This document shows, piece by piece, positions 52,768 through 64,000 of a stretch of 64,000 nt of DNA. The position numbers and the translations under genes were made by a program. Below the pieces are notes generated by a model, which saw only the letters and a list, made by a program, of their open reading frames with translations, was not told where the DNA came from and made no database searches. The DNA is taken from positions 871,038 to 935,037 of the forward strand of contig NW_003314295.1 of NCBI RefSeq assembly GCF_000143415.4. The letters are read 5' to 3'. The stretch's first letter is position 1; every line of letters starts with the position of its first letter. This stretch comes from Selaginella moellendorffii. Taxonomy: Eukaryota > Plantae > Lycopodiophyta.

Positions 52768-53354
52768 TGTAAGCAACCAAAGGGAAAGACTCGAAAGACG
52801 ATACATAGGGTTCAAATATAGAGGGAAAGGGCCCATGAATAAGAGTGCACCCCCTTTTCCAATTGGTTAAGAGTCTTGGGATATTTAGGGTTAAACATCC
52901 TTGGGTTTGAATAGTACTGGGCTGGTTGACCTCCTAGGAAGTCCAAACTCAGAAGCTTACATTTGGTATCAAAGGGGTCTCGGGTCCGACTTTGTTAGTT
53001 GGCTAGGGGAATCACACCACATGTTAATTGACATCTGGCTAGTTCAATTTGCTCCCGCTAAGCTCGATCCGAGGGGTAGGGTGTCAAAAGAGCGAGTCTC
53101 TCGAGAGGGCTGTGACTCTCAACTTCCGTTCACGAGGGTGTGAACTTGCAGGGAAGCGTGATGGATTGCAAACAACCAAAGGGAATGACTCAAGAGATGA
53201 TCCATGGGGTTTAAATATAAAGGGAAAGGGCCAATGAATAAGAGTGCACCCTCTTTTCCAATTGGTTAAGGGTTTTAGGATATTTAGGGTTAAGCGTCCT
53301 TGGGTTTGAATAGTACTAGGTTGGGTGACCTAAGTCCAAACTCAGGAACTTACA
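52768..53354 (+). mobile_element. TRIM (terminal-repeat retrotransposon in miniature), 587 bp
   Basis: LTRs 52768-52961 and 53167-53354, PBS TGGTATCA, TSD CCTAG on both sides. Confidence 0.92.
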
Positions 53355-53376
53355 CCTAGCTTATATATAAGACCGA

Positions 53377-53981
53377 TTTAAGCAACCAAAGATAACAACT
53401 TGAGAGATAAAGATAACAACTTGAGAGATAATCTATAGGTTTCAAATATAAGGGGAAAGGGCCCATAAATAAGAGTGCACTCTCTTTTCTAATCGGTTGA
53501 GGGTTTTGGGATATTTAGGGTTAAGTATCTTTATACTGGGCTAGGTGATCTTTCGAGAAGTCTGAACTCAAGAGTTTACATTTGGTATTAAAACGAGGTC
53601 TTGGGTCTGACTTTGTTGATTGGGTTAAGAGAATCACACCATATGTTAATTGACATGGTAGGTCTAGTTTACTTCAACTAGACCCAACCTATAGGGTAAA
53701 GTGTCAAGAGAGCAGGGCTCTTGAGAGAGTTGTGGCTTTTAATTTCCATTCACAATGTGTGTGAACTTGTAAGGAAGCATAAAAGATTGTAAGCAACTAA
53801 AAAGAACAACTTAAAAGATGATCTATAAAGTTCAAATATAAAAGGAAAGGGCCCATAAATAAGAGTGCATTGCCTTTTTTAATTGGTTAAAATTTTTGGG
53901 ATATTTAGGGTTAAGTATCCTTGGGTTTGAATAGTACTAGGCTAAATGACTTTCCAGGAGGTCTAAACTTAAGAGCTTATA
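53377..53981 (+). mobile_element. Second, older TRIM copy
   Basis: LTRs ~53377-53580 and 53788-53981, PBS TGGTATTA, eroded TSD (ACCGA/AGTGA; host sequence AGCGA). Confidence 0.85.
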
Positions 53982-54612
53982 AGTGAGTAGTCCAGATTGA
54001 AACCAATCTAATGGCTATCAAAATCTCATTATGCTAATATTAGTATATGATATCATAGGCACATATCTGGACTTAAAACTATATATTCAAAAAATAAACA
54101 ATAAATTTGGTATATTAATGGAATAACAAATACAAGAATTATACTTTTAGTTTATATTTAGTACTGTGAGGGCCAAGTGTACGGCTACGATGCCGTATAC
54201 TAATATTAACGTAGTGGATTTTGGTAGCCGTCGGATTGGTTTCAATCCGGACCACTCGCTCCTGTATATAAACTAGGGTTTTTGGGCTAATTGATATGCA
54301 CATTTCTGTATTCCTTTTCCATATTCCATGCACTCACATTGGTGGAGTTGAGGGGCACCTTTGATTGTCCCTGGGGAGTGCTTGGATTTGGGATTTCGGT
54401 TTAGATCTAGCTTTTGCATTGTCTAGATCTAGCTTTTTCCATTTCCTTTCTTTTGTTCTTTCCTTTCAGATTTTGGTTTAGATCTAGCTTTTTGCATTGT
54501 CTAGATCTACCATTTCTTTCTAGCTTTTTGTCATTTCTCTTCTTTTGCTCTTTCTTTTTCATTCATTTTCATGGCCGATCCGCAATCTCCTCCTTTGACT
54601 CTAGAGTAGCAG

Positions 54613-55503
54613 TTGGTTCAATTGCTTGATGCTATGCACTTGCAATTGAACAACCAAACTCAGTTGATGGCGGCGTTCACGGCACATGGTACAACTCCTC
54701 CTGCTTTTGGTGCCAATCCTCGCGTTCGGCCGGAGTTCTTTCGTGGGAATCCTGGGGATGATGTGTACCATTGGTTCGATCACTTCACGGTGATTGCCAC
54801 ATATCATTCTTGGGATGATGCTCGACGTTTGCGTGAGTTCCCCACATGTCTCCAAGGGACGGCATTGCAGTGGTACAATGGATTGAGCGCAGCTACTCGT
54901 GGCGATTGGAGTGTTCTTCCGGACGTCTTCAAACGCGCCTTCGGACACGCCGACGATTGTGATGATGCCTTCCAACAATTGCATCGTCTTCGCCAAGGGC
55001 CATCTGAGTCGGTGATGCAATTTGGCGTTCGTTTCCGAAGTCTTTTGCTTCGTGCGGAGCCAAATATGTCGGAGCGGATCAAGCTAGGAATGCTGTGGCC
55101 AGCACTTCGTCAAGATCTTGTCGGACTTGTGCATGCACTTGCTCCTGCCACTCTTGACGATGCTCTTCGCTTGGCACAACGTTATGAGACGTCGCCTCTT
55201 CCACTTCTTGCTACACGTCCTTCAGCTCCACTTCCTATGAGTGATGGTCCTGTTCCCATGGAGGTTGATGTTGCTGCTACTCGAGTCCAAGGACAAGGGC
55301 GAGGACATGGTCGTGGCCGTGACGTTCGTTGCTGGGCGTGTGATGAAGTTGGTCATACTTATCGACGTTGTCGGCGCTTTCCGGATTGGCGACTTCCATT
55401 TCCTGGGTGGAGACCTTGGCGTCAGCAACGTCCCATTGGTGTTGCTGCGGTGGAAGGTTTGGATACCGAGGTGCATTCGGGAAACGAGGAGTCGCACGAG
55501 TAA
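54613..55503 (+). CDS. gag: Retrotransposon Gag
   Basis: LQGTALQWY capsid-like motif, zinc knuckle CWACDEVGHTYRRC; true start uncertain (ATG 54571 is followed by an in-frame TAG). Confidence 0.88.
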   Translation: MVQLLDAMHLQLNNQTQLMAAFTAHGTTPPAFGANPRVRPEFFRGNPGDDVYHWFDHFTVIATYHSWDDARRLREFPTCLQGTALQWYNGLSAATRGDWSVLPDVFKRAFGHADDCDDAFQQLHRLRQGPSESVMQFGVRFRSLLLRAEPNMSERIKLGMLWPALRQDLVGLVHALAPATLDDALRLAQRYETSPLPLLATRPSAPLPMSDGPVPMEVDVAATRVQGQGRGHGRGRDVRCWACDEVGHTYRRCRRFPDWRLPFPGWRPWRQQRPIGVAAVEGLDTEVHSGNEESHE

Positions 55504-55542
55504 TGGAGGGACCTTGCGCGAATAAGTTAGTGACCCCTCCAT
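55479..55542 (+). promoter_or_regulatory. -1 programmed ribosomal frameshift signal
   Basis: In-frame slippery heptamer G GGA AAC, 6-nt spacer and H-type pseudoknot in the gag/pol overlap. Confidence 0.8.
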
Positions 55543-58500
55543 CTTTCTTTCGGGAGTATCATCAAGGGGTTCACTTGGCACCGGTTCATCCAGTGTTTAC
55601 TTTCCAAGCTCGTTTTTATAACAAGAGGTCTCCTATTCTTCTCTCCGTGTTGGTTGATACAGGTTCGAGTTTATCTTCTATTGCTCGACCTGTTGCCACA
55701 CGTTGTCCTCTACACTTGCGTCGTGCGGCGGATCCAGTTTTCATTCTTTATGGCAACGGCCGTACACATGCATGTGCACGAGATGAGGCAGACCTGGTTG
55801 TACGTGTGGGCGATCTCGAGCTTGAGTTGCAGTCGTTGCGGGTGGTGCCGAGTCAAGCTTTTGACCTCATTCTTGGTATGGATTGGTTGCAGCACAATCA
55901 TGCCAAGTGTGACTTTGAGGCTTCTCCCCCTTGTCTCATACTTCCTTATATTTCATCCATTCCTCTCACTTCCGTACCTCTTCGTCCCTCTACTTCTACC
56001 TCTGCTTCCATTACTTTTGTTCCCCCATTATTTCCTCTTGTGTTTCCATCTTGTTCTGCTCTTCCCTTTTCCGATCCCTCCGATGATCTTTGTGTTGCAA
56101 CTGTTGACCAGCTCATGAAGAAGTATTCTGATCTCTTTGAATTTGACCTATCGTCTGGGGCCAAGATTGCCACACGTCATCCCATTCCAACCGGGGATGC
56201 TTGTCCAATCAAGGTTCCTGCTCGTCGTCGGTCACCCAAGGAGATCAAGATTTTACGTGCAAACGTCAATGAGATGTTGGAGAAGGGTGTTATTCAGAAG
56301 TCGCGGAGTCCTTGGGCATGTGAACCTCATCTTGTGACGAAGCCTAATGGGAGTATTCGTTTCTACATTGACTATCGTCCGTTAAATGAAGTGACGATCC
56401 CGGACGTGTACCCTCTTCCTCACACTGCTGATCTCTTGAATCGTCTGGGGCGAAGTCGTTGGTTCACCAAGCTAGATCTTGCTTCTGGGTATTGGCAAGT
56501 ACCGATGGCTGAAGAAGATATTCCTAAGACTGCTTTTCGTACACCATTTGGTTTGTACGAGTTTTTGGTGATGCCGTTTGGTTTGAACAATGCTCTAGCA
56601 ACTTTTCAACGGATGATGGACGAGGTTCTTTGCGATATGCCAGAGGTGACAGCTGACTTCATTGATGATGTCTTGATCCACTCGGAGGGGACGTGGGAGG
56701 AGCATGTTCGTGATGTTTGTAAAGTGTTGGATCGGCTACGCGACGTTGGTTTAAAGCTGAAGCGGTCGAAGTGCGTGTTTGGGTCCAAGGACACAACTTA
56801 TCTTGGGTACTGTATTTCTCGTGAGGGTTTGCAAGTTGATCCTGACAAACTTGTGGCTGTTCTAAAGTTCCCTACTCCGAAGTGTGTGAATGATGTGCAG
56901 CGCTTTTTGGGTAAGGTGCAGTATCTCGGTCATTTTGTGGATCATCTTTCCGATCGCACTATACCATTGCGAGCGTTGCTGAAGTCATCAACGTCATCTT
57001 TCATCTGGTCTCCCGATTGTGAGCGGGCATTCGTGAATCTCAAAGAGCTATTGACGACTCTTCCGGTTTTAGCATATCCTGACTACACTCGACCTTTTAT
57101 TTTGCGCGTGGATGCTTCTGACATTGGTCTTGGAGGTGTGTTGATGCAAGAGAGCTCGAATGTGCCTGGTCAGCGCCATCCCATTGCATACATAAGCCGT
57201 ACATTACAACTAGCGGAGATGAACTACTCCACGACGGAGAAAGAGTGTTTAGCAGCAGTCTGGGGTTTCGAGAAACTTCATGCATATCTACATGGTTCTC
57301 GGACGTTACTTGAAGGTGACCATGCTGCTGTTACTTCATTATTGAAGCGGAAGAACCTGGTTGGTCGTACGGCTCGATGGGCTTTGAAGCTTCAGATATA
57401 TGATTTTGATGTTGTTCATCACCCAGGGAGTTCTATGGCTGATGCTGATGCCCTTTCTCGAGCTCCTCTTCCTTCTCCACTCACTTCTCATGTTTCTGAC
57501 GAACCTGTTGTTCCAGCATCTATGGATTTTCTAGATGAGGATTCTGTGCCGTCGGCGGTTGCTGTCCTTGACGTTCAGTGTCCACAGGGCGTAGAGCAAG
57601 ATCTACCTTCTCTGGATGAGGTTCGCGAGGCTCAAAAGATTGAGCCGTGGATTCGAAGGCTTCGAGATGGGTTTGAGAATCCTGCATCACTTGCTGATGA
57701 CTTGCCTTTTCGGCATTTACATTCTCAATATTGCCTTGAAGATGGCCTTCTTTATTTTGTGGGGACGGATCCTGATGATCATTTACGGCTGGTGGTGCCT
57801 TCGGTGTTTATTCCGCGGTTTCTCCATGCCTACCATGATTCTCCTATTCTAGGTGGGCATATGGGACACCGTCGTGTCACCGAGAAGCTGCGCAGATCTT
57901 TCTATTGGCCAGAGATGCGACGTGATATTATCCGGTATGTGCGTAGCTGCGTTTGGTGCCAAGCTCGTAATACTCCCCCTTGTGCTGCGGAAGGACGGTT
58001 GGAGTCAATTGCAGTTTCTCGTCCGTTTGAGTTGGTGGCGTTTGATCTTATGGGACCTTTTCCGCGATCGACTGCTGGCAATGAGTATGTTATTATTGCT
58101 TCTGACTACTTGACTCGATGGGTGGAAGTTGGTGCTCTTGCTAGTGCCTCTGCAACTGCTGTTGGATACTTCCTCCTCAATCGAGTGGTGTTCCAGCATT
58201 CTTGTCCAGAGCGGATTCTTTCGGATAATGGTCCTGCATTTATGGCTGAGGTATTTCATGTTTTGACATCTCGGTTGGGGATACGCCACACTTTTACGAG
58301 TGCTTATCATCCACAATCAGACGGTCTGGTGGAACGGCTCGTTCGGACATTCAAAGGGATGATTGCGAAGTATGTGAACTTTCAACATTCGGATTGGGAT
58401 GGTTATTTGCCATCTCTTCGGTATGCTTATGTCACAGGGGTGCAGAGTTCTGCTGGTGCTTCACCATATAAACTTCTATATGGTCATGATCCAATATTAC

Positions 58501-58951
58501 CAACAGAGCTGGGTTTACCTTCGCGATTGCCACGAGCTCCTGATGCTAGGTCATGGGATCAATATTTGACAAGCATTCTTCCACTTGTCCAAGCAGAGTC
58601 TGCTGAACACTTAGGCCGCGTACAAGTGGGACAACAACGGCGCTACAATTCCCATCATCATCAACGGATGATTTGGTGTTAGTCCATTTTCCCCATCTTA
58701 CGGTACGTGGTTTATCTAAGGGGCTCCTTGCGCAGTGGAAAGGACCGTATCGAGTGTTGCGGCAAGTTGGACCACAAGTTTATGAGGTTCGGCATGACGT
58801 TCAGCAGGCCGATCCTCCAGAGATTGTGCATGTGCAGCGGTTAAAACGTTTCATACAAAGGGATCAGGAGCAGTTAATACCGTCTACAGATCCACCAATG
58901 CCTCCTCCTGATGTTCCTCCAGATCCTGGCCCATCTACAAGAGAACCCTAA
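55479..58951 (+). CDS. pol: Retrotransposon Pol (PR-RT-RNaseH-INT), -1 frame relative to gag; frameshift near 58675 separates the GPY/F tail
   Basis: LVDTGSS, FIDDVLI, VDAS, integrase HHCC and SDNG motifs in ORF 55368-58682; KGPYRV in ORF 58673-58951. Confidence 0.92.
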
Positions 58952-60960
58952 TGGCCTTCCATTATTCCGAGAGGAGGGGATGATGTGAGGGCCAAGTGTA
59001 CGGCTACGATGCCGTATACTAATATTAGCGTAGTGGATTTTGGTAGCCGTCGGATTGGTTTCAATCCGGACCACTCGCTCCTGTATATAAGCTATATGCA
59101 CATTTCTGTATTCCTTTTCCATATTCTATGCACTCACAGTACATAATTATAATATTTTAAAATTAATATAATAATAATAATTTATATAATACTTGAAACA
59201 AGAAATTGCAATTGACTCTAACAATTCTTTTATAGCACGAGGGGAAGTATTACAAGTTTGGCACCAAATGCAACTATGCATATACCAGATAACATCATAT
59301 CATATCTCTAGCCAATAAAAAAACTTATATAGCTTCTCACTCATATAATAATATCCTATATACTCACCTAGAATAAAGAGTTATATTAAGTGTGGAGAAA
59401 GTATGAAATAAATATCAAAGGCATAAATTATCATTAGGATTATTCCCCACAAAATAAAAAAAGTTATCTTTAAAGTGATATTGAGAATGTAAATACCAAA
59501 ATGGTAAATTATCAACAAGTGATGCAAAATTCTCAAACCCATCATAAAGCTTTCAAAACCATAAGTTAATTTTTTGAGCCTCATGAACCTTTAAAAGAAG
59601 GTAATATTTGCTCCGCACCTTGTGGATACTAAACATCAAATACAATGACCAATAAAGGCATAGAATCTTCGTCGAGAAAATCCACTGATACTAGAATATT
59701 AGGCTTATCATAAACATGAAAAGAGGGCAAAAAAGGGAGAAGAACTTGAGAAAGAGTATTAACATCAACCATAAAAATTTTTAAGCATTAAACAATTTTG
59801 AAATTATATATTTGAAGCTTGAAAATCTATCAAATAGTATGACCTACCAAATTCTTTCATAAGGTAACTACAATTTGATCACTTTTTAGTGATGGCTAAA
59901 CACTATGCAAATATGCATAAAACTTCTCAAAACCCTAAATTACTATCAAACACTCTTCTGTTGTGGAGTAGTTTATATTTGTTGGTTGCAATATACAGCG
60001 AATATATATAATAGGATAATTGACTAGAGACACTCATGCTCTTTTGCATCAACATACCCTCAAAACCAATATCAAAATCATCCACACACAAAAAAGAGTA
60101 TAGTTAAGATATACAAAAACTAAAGGAATTATCAATAACTCTTTGAGATTCACAAATGCTTATTCACAGTCTTCAAACCAAACAAAAGATGATATTGATG
60201 ACTTTAACAATGCTCACAACAGTGCAATATGATCAAAAAGATGATTAACAAAATGACTAAGATATTGCACCTTGCTGAGGAAATATTGCACATCATTCAC
60301 ATATTTCAGAGTAAGAAACTTTAAAACCACCACAAATTTATCAAAATCAACTTGCAAAGCATTATGAGAAATGCAATACCCAAGATAAGTTATATCTTTG
60401 GACTTAAAGATATATTTCGACCACTTCAGCTTGAAATTAATTTCCCATAACCAATCCAACATCTTGAGGATAACCATGAAGTGGAACCTTAACCCTTGGA
60501 TATATGGGCTAAAGGTAATGGAGTAGAACCCGAGTTCAAAGCTTTGGGCCACTGAATGAAGAGATAGAGCCAAACTCTTGAACATATAACCAAGGAATAA
60601 AGGAACGAAAGCATAGAATGATTCTTGAGTGTTTAACTCAAGGAGTGAATGAGTAAAAGCATTGAGCCACTCCGAAATATATAACCCAAGAAGTGAGGGA
60701 CAAGAGCATGAAATGATGTTGCCCATTTAATATTTTAAAATAACTAATTTAAATTTTGCACAATAATTCCCAATAGATTCTAAATTAAGAAAAAGCTATA
60801 AATGTTCTAAATTTTCCAACATCCTAATACTAAGACTAGTATGCAAAATAGAGCCAAATGGAGTTTAACCCTATTTCAGCATATTGGTGGTCTAACACGA
60901 GGATATAAGTACTCCACTAATTAATATGGTATGAAACTTGGGCTTAGACTTAAACTAAAT

Positions 60961-61478
60961 TATAAAAAACCAAAGAAAACGGTTCAACTATAAAAGGAAA
61001 AGGCCTATGAACAAAATAGCCCTTTTCTAATTGGTTAAGGGTTTTAAAATTGTTGGTATTAAATATTATTAAGTTTGAATAGTATTGGCTAGATCACTTC
61101 CCAGAAAATCTAAATTTAGGAGTTTACATTTGGTATTATAGAGGTTTGGAATTTGACTTTATTGGTTGGTTAGGGGAATTACCACATGTTGAGAATAATA
61201 TCTAGCAAGTTTAGTTTGCCTCTAACTAGGCTCAACCTAAGAGGTAGGGTGTCAAAAGAGTTATAACTTTCATTCTGTGTACAAGGGCATAAACTTATAG
61301 GGAGGCACATAAAGATAATCTATAGGAGTTTAAATATAAAAAAAAGGGCCCATGCAGAATAATATACCCCTTTTTCCAATTGATTAAGAGTTTTAGAGTA
61401 GTTAGGGTTAAACATATTTAGGTTTGAATAATACTAGTTTGGGTGACTTCTTAAGAATTCCAAATTCAAGAGTTTACA
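60961..61478 (+). mobile_element. Decayed TRIM copy
   Basis: Two eroded LTRs ending GAGTTTACA, PBS TGGTATTA, interior TAGGGTGTCAAAAGAG as in 52768-53354. Confidence 0.75.
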
Positions 61479-61609
61479 TGAACACATAATAAGAATAAGC
61501 ACGCAACTAAAAGCTAAACTATGCCTCTACCTTCCATAATAGTCAATTGAACCAAATAGAACTAACACATGGGGAATGATAACAAGGGAATTATGTTTGA
61601 CTAATTGCA

Positions 61610-61910
61610 GTCCTTATACTCTTCTGGTCAAGTACACATGTGAAGACTATTTTCTCAACTGGCATGGGTGAAGATTGAAAAAGGGTCTAGCAATATTAAT
61701 CTCCTACCATTGTGGTAATAAGGAAAAAAAATCTAAAAACACTTATTGGCATGTAATTGTTGTCCTTATACTCTTTTGGCTAAGTGCATATGCGAAAACT
61801 AATTTCTCAACTAGCATGGGTGGAGAATGAAAATTGGTATAACAATATCAATCTATTGCCGTTGTGGCACTAAGAAAAAAATATCTAAAAGCATTTACCG
61901 ATACATAACT
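61610..61910 (+). repeat. Diverged ~152-bp tandem duplication
   Basis: GTCCTTATACTCTT...TTCTCAACTRGCATGGGTG occurs twice, at ~61610 and ~61762. Confidence 0.75.
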
Positions 61911-64000
61911 TTTGATACCTATAGTCATATACATGATAACTAGAAAGTCACTATCTTGGCCCTCACAACTAAAGTATTGCTCAAACCAAATAACATCACC
62001 AAAAACTCATATAAATAAAATGGTATACTAAAAGCAATTTTGGGAATTATTTAGCTACAACCACATAGCATCAAGCAACTACACCAATTTCTACTCTAAA
62101 GTCAAATAAGGAGGAGGTATAAATATAAACAAAAAGACGAAAAGCAAAAGAGAAAAAATGGAAAAAGCTAAAAGATATCTAAATAATGCAAAAAGCTAAA
62201 TTTAAACCAAAATCACAAATTTAAACACTCCTGAAGGACAATCAAAACTACTCCAGATTAACCCAAAAACCCTAGTTTATATATAAGAGTGATTTAAAAC
62301 AAATCCAATAGCTATCAAAATCCCTGCTAATATACGGCTGTACACTTATTAATTTACAAGTTACTTTTATTAGATTGTTATGTAGGACATGAAATTCAAA
62401 TTAAAAATTAAAAATCTAAATATTATTTCTTTGTATGTTATAAATCTTCAATCTAAATAAATTAAAAACATATTTATCTCCTTATGAAGAACTGTTCAAA
62501 AGCTGAATCAAGACCCGTTTCGAAAAACTATCTCATTATAATTACCACTTTCATCCTTATTCTGGCACCATTGGAGAAGGAGACTCTTCCACTTTCAACC
62601 TTATTCTGGCAGCATTGGAGAAGGAGACTCTTCCACGTGGTGCTTGTTGATGCCATGGCCTTCTGCTTCATTGTTGTTCTATCCACAGCCATATGTCTGA
62701 AGATAGATAACTTAAGCTTGCCAAAATTGCATAGAGATAAAAACAAAGTTCAAACTAAAATTAAAAACAAAAAAGAAAGAGAAAAGGAATTAAAGCAAAC
62801 AAAAAAGGTGGATATTTGTTTTCTTTCTCTCTAGCGGGGGGATCTCTATGGCCTGGCAACGAACGAAACATCTGTGGGCATATATCGCAGTGTACCTTCT
62901 GATGTGTATTGCCAATTTTGTTGGCATTGCTGGAGACTGGCCCGGACTTGACATTGATCAAACCACCTCGGCCTTTAATTTTTTGTTTGCGAGTAGAAGG
63001 CTGGATTGGCATGTTTCCCAAACGCCAAGTCCCGGGGACGTGCCTCAACACAGTTCCTTCCTTTGATCACCAAGTGGAGGCCCATGGCAAGATTTTCCTC
63101 TAGATATTAATATTATAGTCTGGTGCTTGTTTTCTTTCACAAGGAAGCAATTTTGCATATTTTGTATTTAATAATACTAAGTATTTTTCTTGTGGAGACA
63201 AATGCGGTCGTTTGTCACTGCCAGGGAGCGCTGGAAATATTCCATCCCCAAAAGTTTCAGTCGTGGTCAGACGGAACAAGCAACCCAGAGGACGATTTCT
63301 AAGATTCCTTTGCGACCCGACAATATGCGCCTCTCGGGGACGATAGACACAATGCGATTAGCTTGTTTCTTTTAATATGGTTTCGTGGAGAGAGTCAAGG
63401 TTGGAAGCAAAACATGGGAGGATCTCTATGGAATCTGCCAGACGATTGCAAATATTTTTAAAACTATCAACGGGGATCATCGATCGCTCTGCCTTTACGT
63501 TGACATTGTCTAAAAGTGTAATCGCACAAAATCCATGCACAGCGCGTGCACTACACTCCACACACATCGCTTAACAGGGCTCTGGATAGACGAGTTCGTT
63601 AATCTATAGCACCAACAACAGTTAAGAGAAGCTTCCCATATTATTCTTCCAGAGCATCCAAAGCTCACTCATCATGTAACAGGATGCAAGAACTTTAGGG
63701 TTCTTCGCAGCCAGCCATACTTTTTGGAGGTAAGTTTGCCTGCCACCTTACGCACGAGTTGTGTAAAATCTATATTCCCATCGATCGTGGAAGAGGTTCC
63801 CCACAGAAACAACTGCTGGTTTGCGTGGGATTCCTCTGAGAAAGCTATTGAAGAGGAATATAAAGTGGGGCTGGCTGGCCATCACTGGAGTGGTGAGCAT
63901 CATCAAACTCACTATAAGGTGTGAATTTCAATCAATCAGGCACATATATATTTATATCTATCGCGCCAAAGAGAAAAGAGTCCTAGAGAATGCTGTCTAT

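Larger units (their letters stand above)
52575..54075 (-). mobile_element. Decayed LTR and 5' leader of the 54165 gypsy family, interrupted by two TRIMs
   Basis: CTCCACCA PBS complement near 52692, AAAACCCTAG, GTCCAGATTGAAACCAATC match the family LTR. Confidence 0.7.
54165..59138 (+). mobile_element. Near-intact non-chromodomain Ty3/gypsy LTR retrotransposon with short LTRs
   Basis: LTRs 54165-54338 and 58984-59138, TSD GTAC, PBS TGGTGGAGTTGAGGGG, PPT GAGAGGAGGGGA (58969-58980), domain order gag-PR-RT-RH-INT. Confidence 0.96.
59270..62350 (-). mobile_element. Heavily decayed copy of the 54165 gypsy family with nested insertions
   Basis: RT remnant KDITYLGYCISH...FLSKVQYL (60214-60470); leader and LTR fragments at ~62120-62350. 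Confidence 0.75.

Overview
Eukaryotic plant genomic DNA, most consistent with the lycophyte Selaginella (inference from ~50-70 bp introns, very short intergenic spacers, intronless PLS-class PPR genes and a retained ciliary gene, MNS1). A dense gene island (~11.8-36.1 kb) contains a JMJ20/JMJD4-like JmjC oxygenase, an SBT2-type subtilase, MNS1, the MTR4 helicase, a U2 snRNA, a Crinkler-like nuclease-fold/pseudokinase gene, three PPR genes and a caleosin. It is flanked by nested LTR retroelements. Left: a decayed Ty3/gypsy interrupted by a very young 7.7-kb non-coding LTR element (LARD-like) whose interior is packed with hairpins, including a twin T-loop tRNA-like module and a duplicated module with compensatory base changes. 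Right: a Tat/Ogre-like gag-protease remnant, a decayed chromovirus carrying a solo LTR, four TRIM copies, and a near-intact Ty3/gypsy with a G-GGA-AAC plus pseudoknot -1 frameshift signal. The most novel candidates are the structured RNA of the non-coding LTR element and the apparently catalytically dead nuclease-kinase gene. All family calls come from recognising motifs by eye; no database searches were run.
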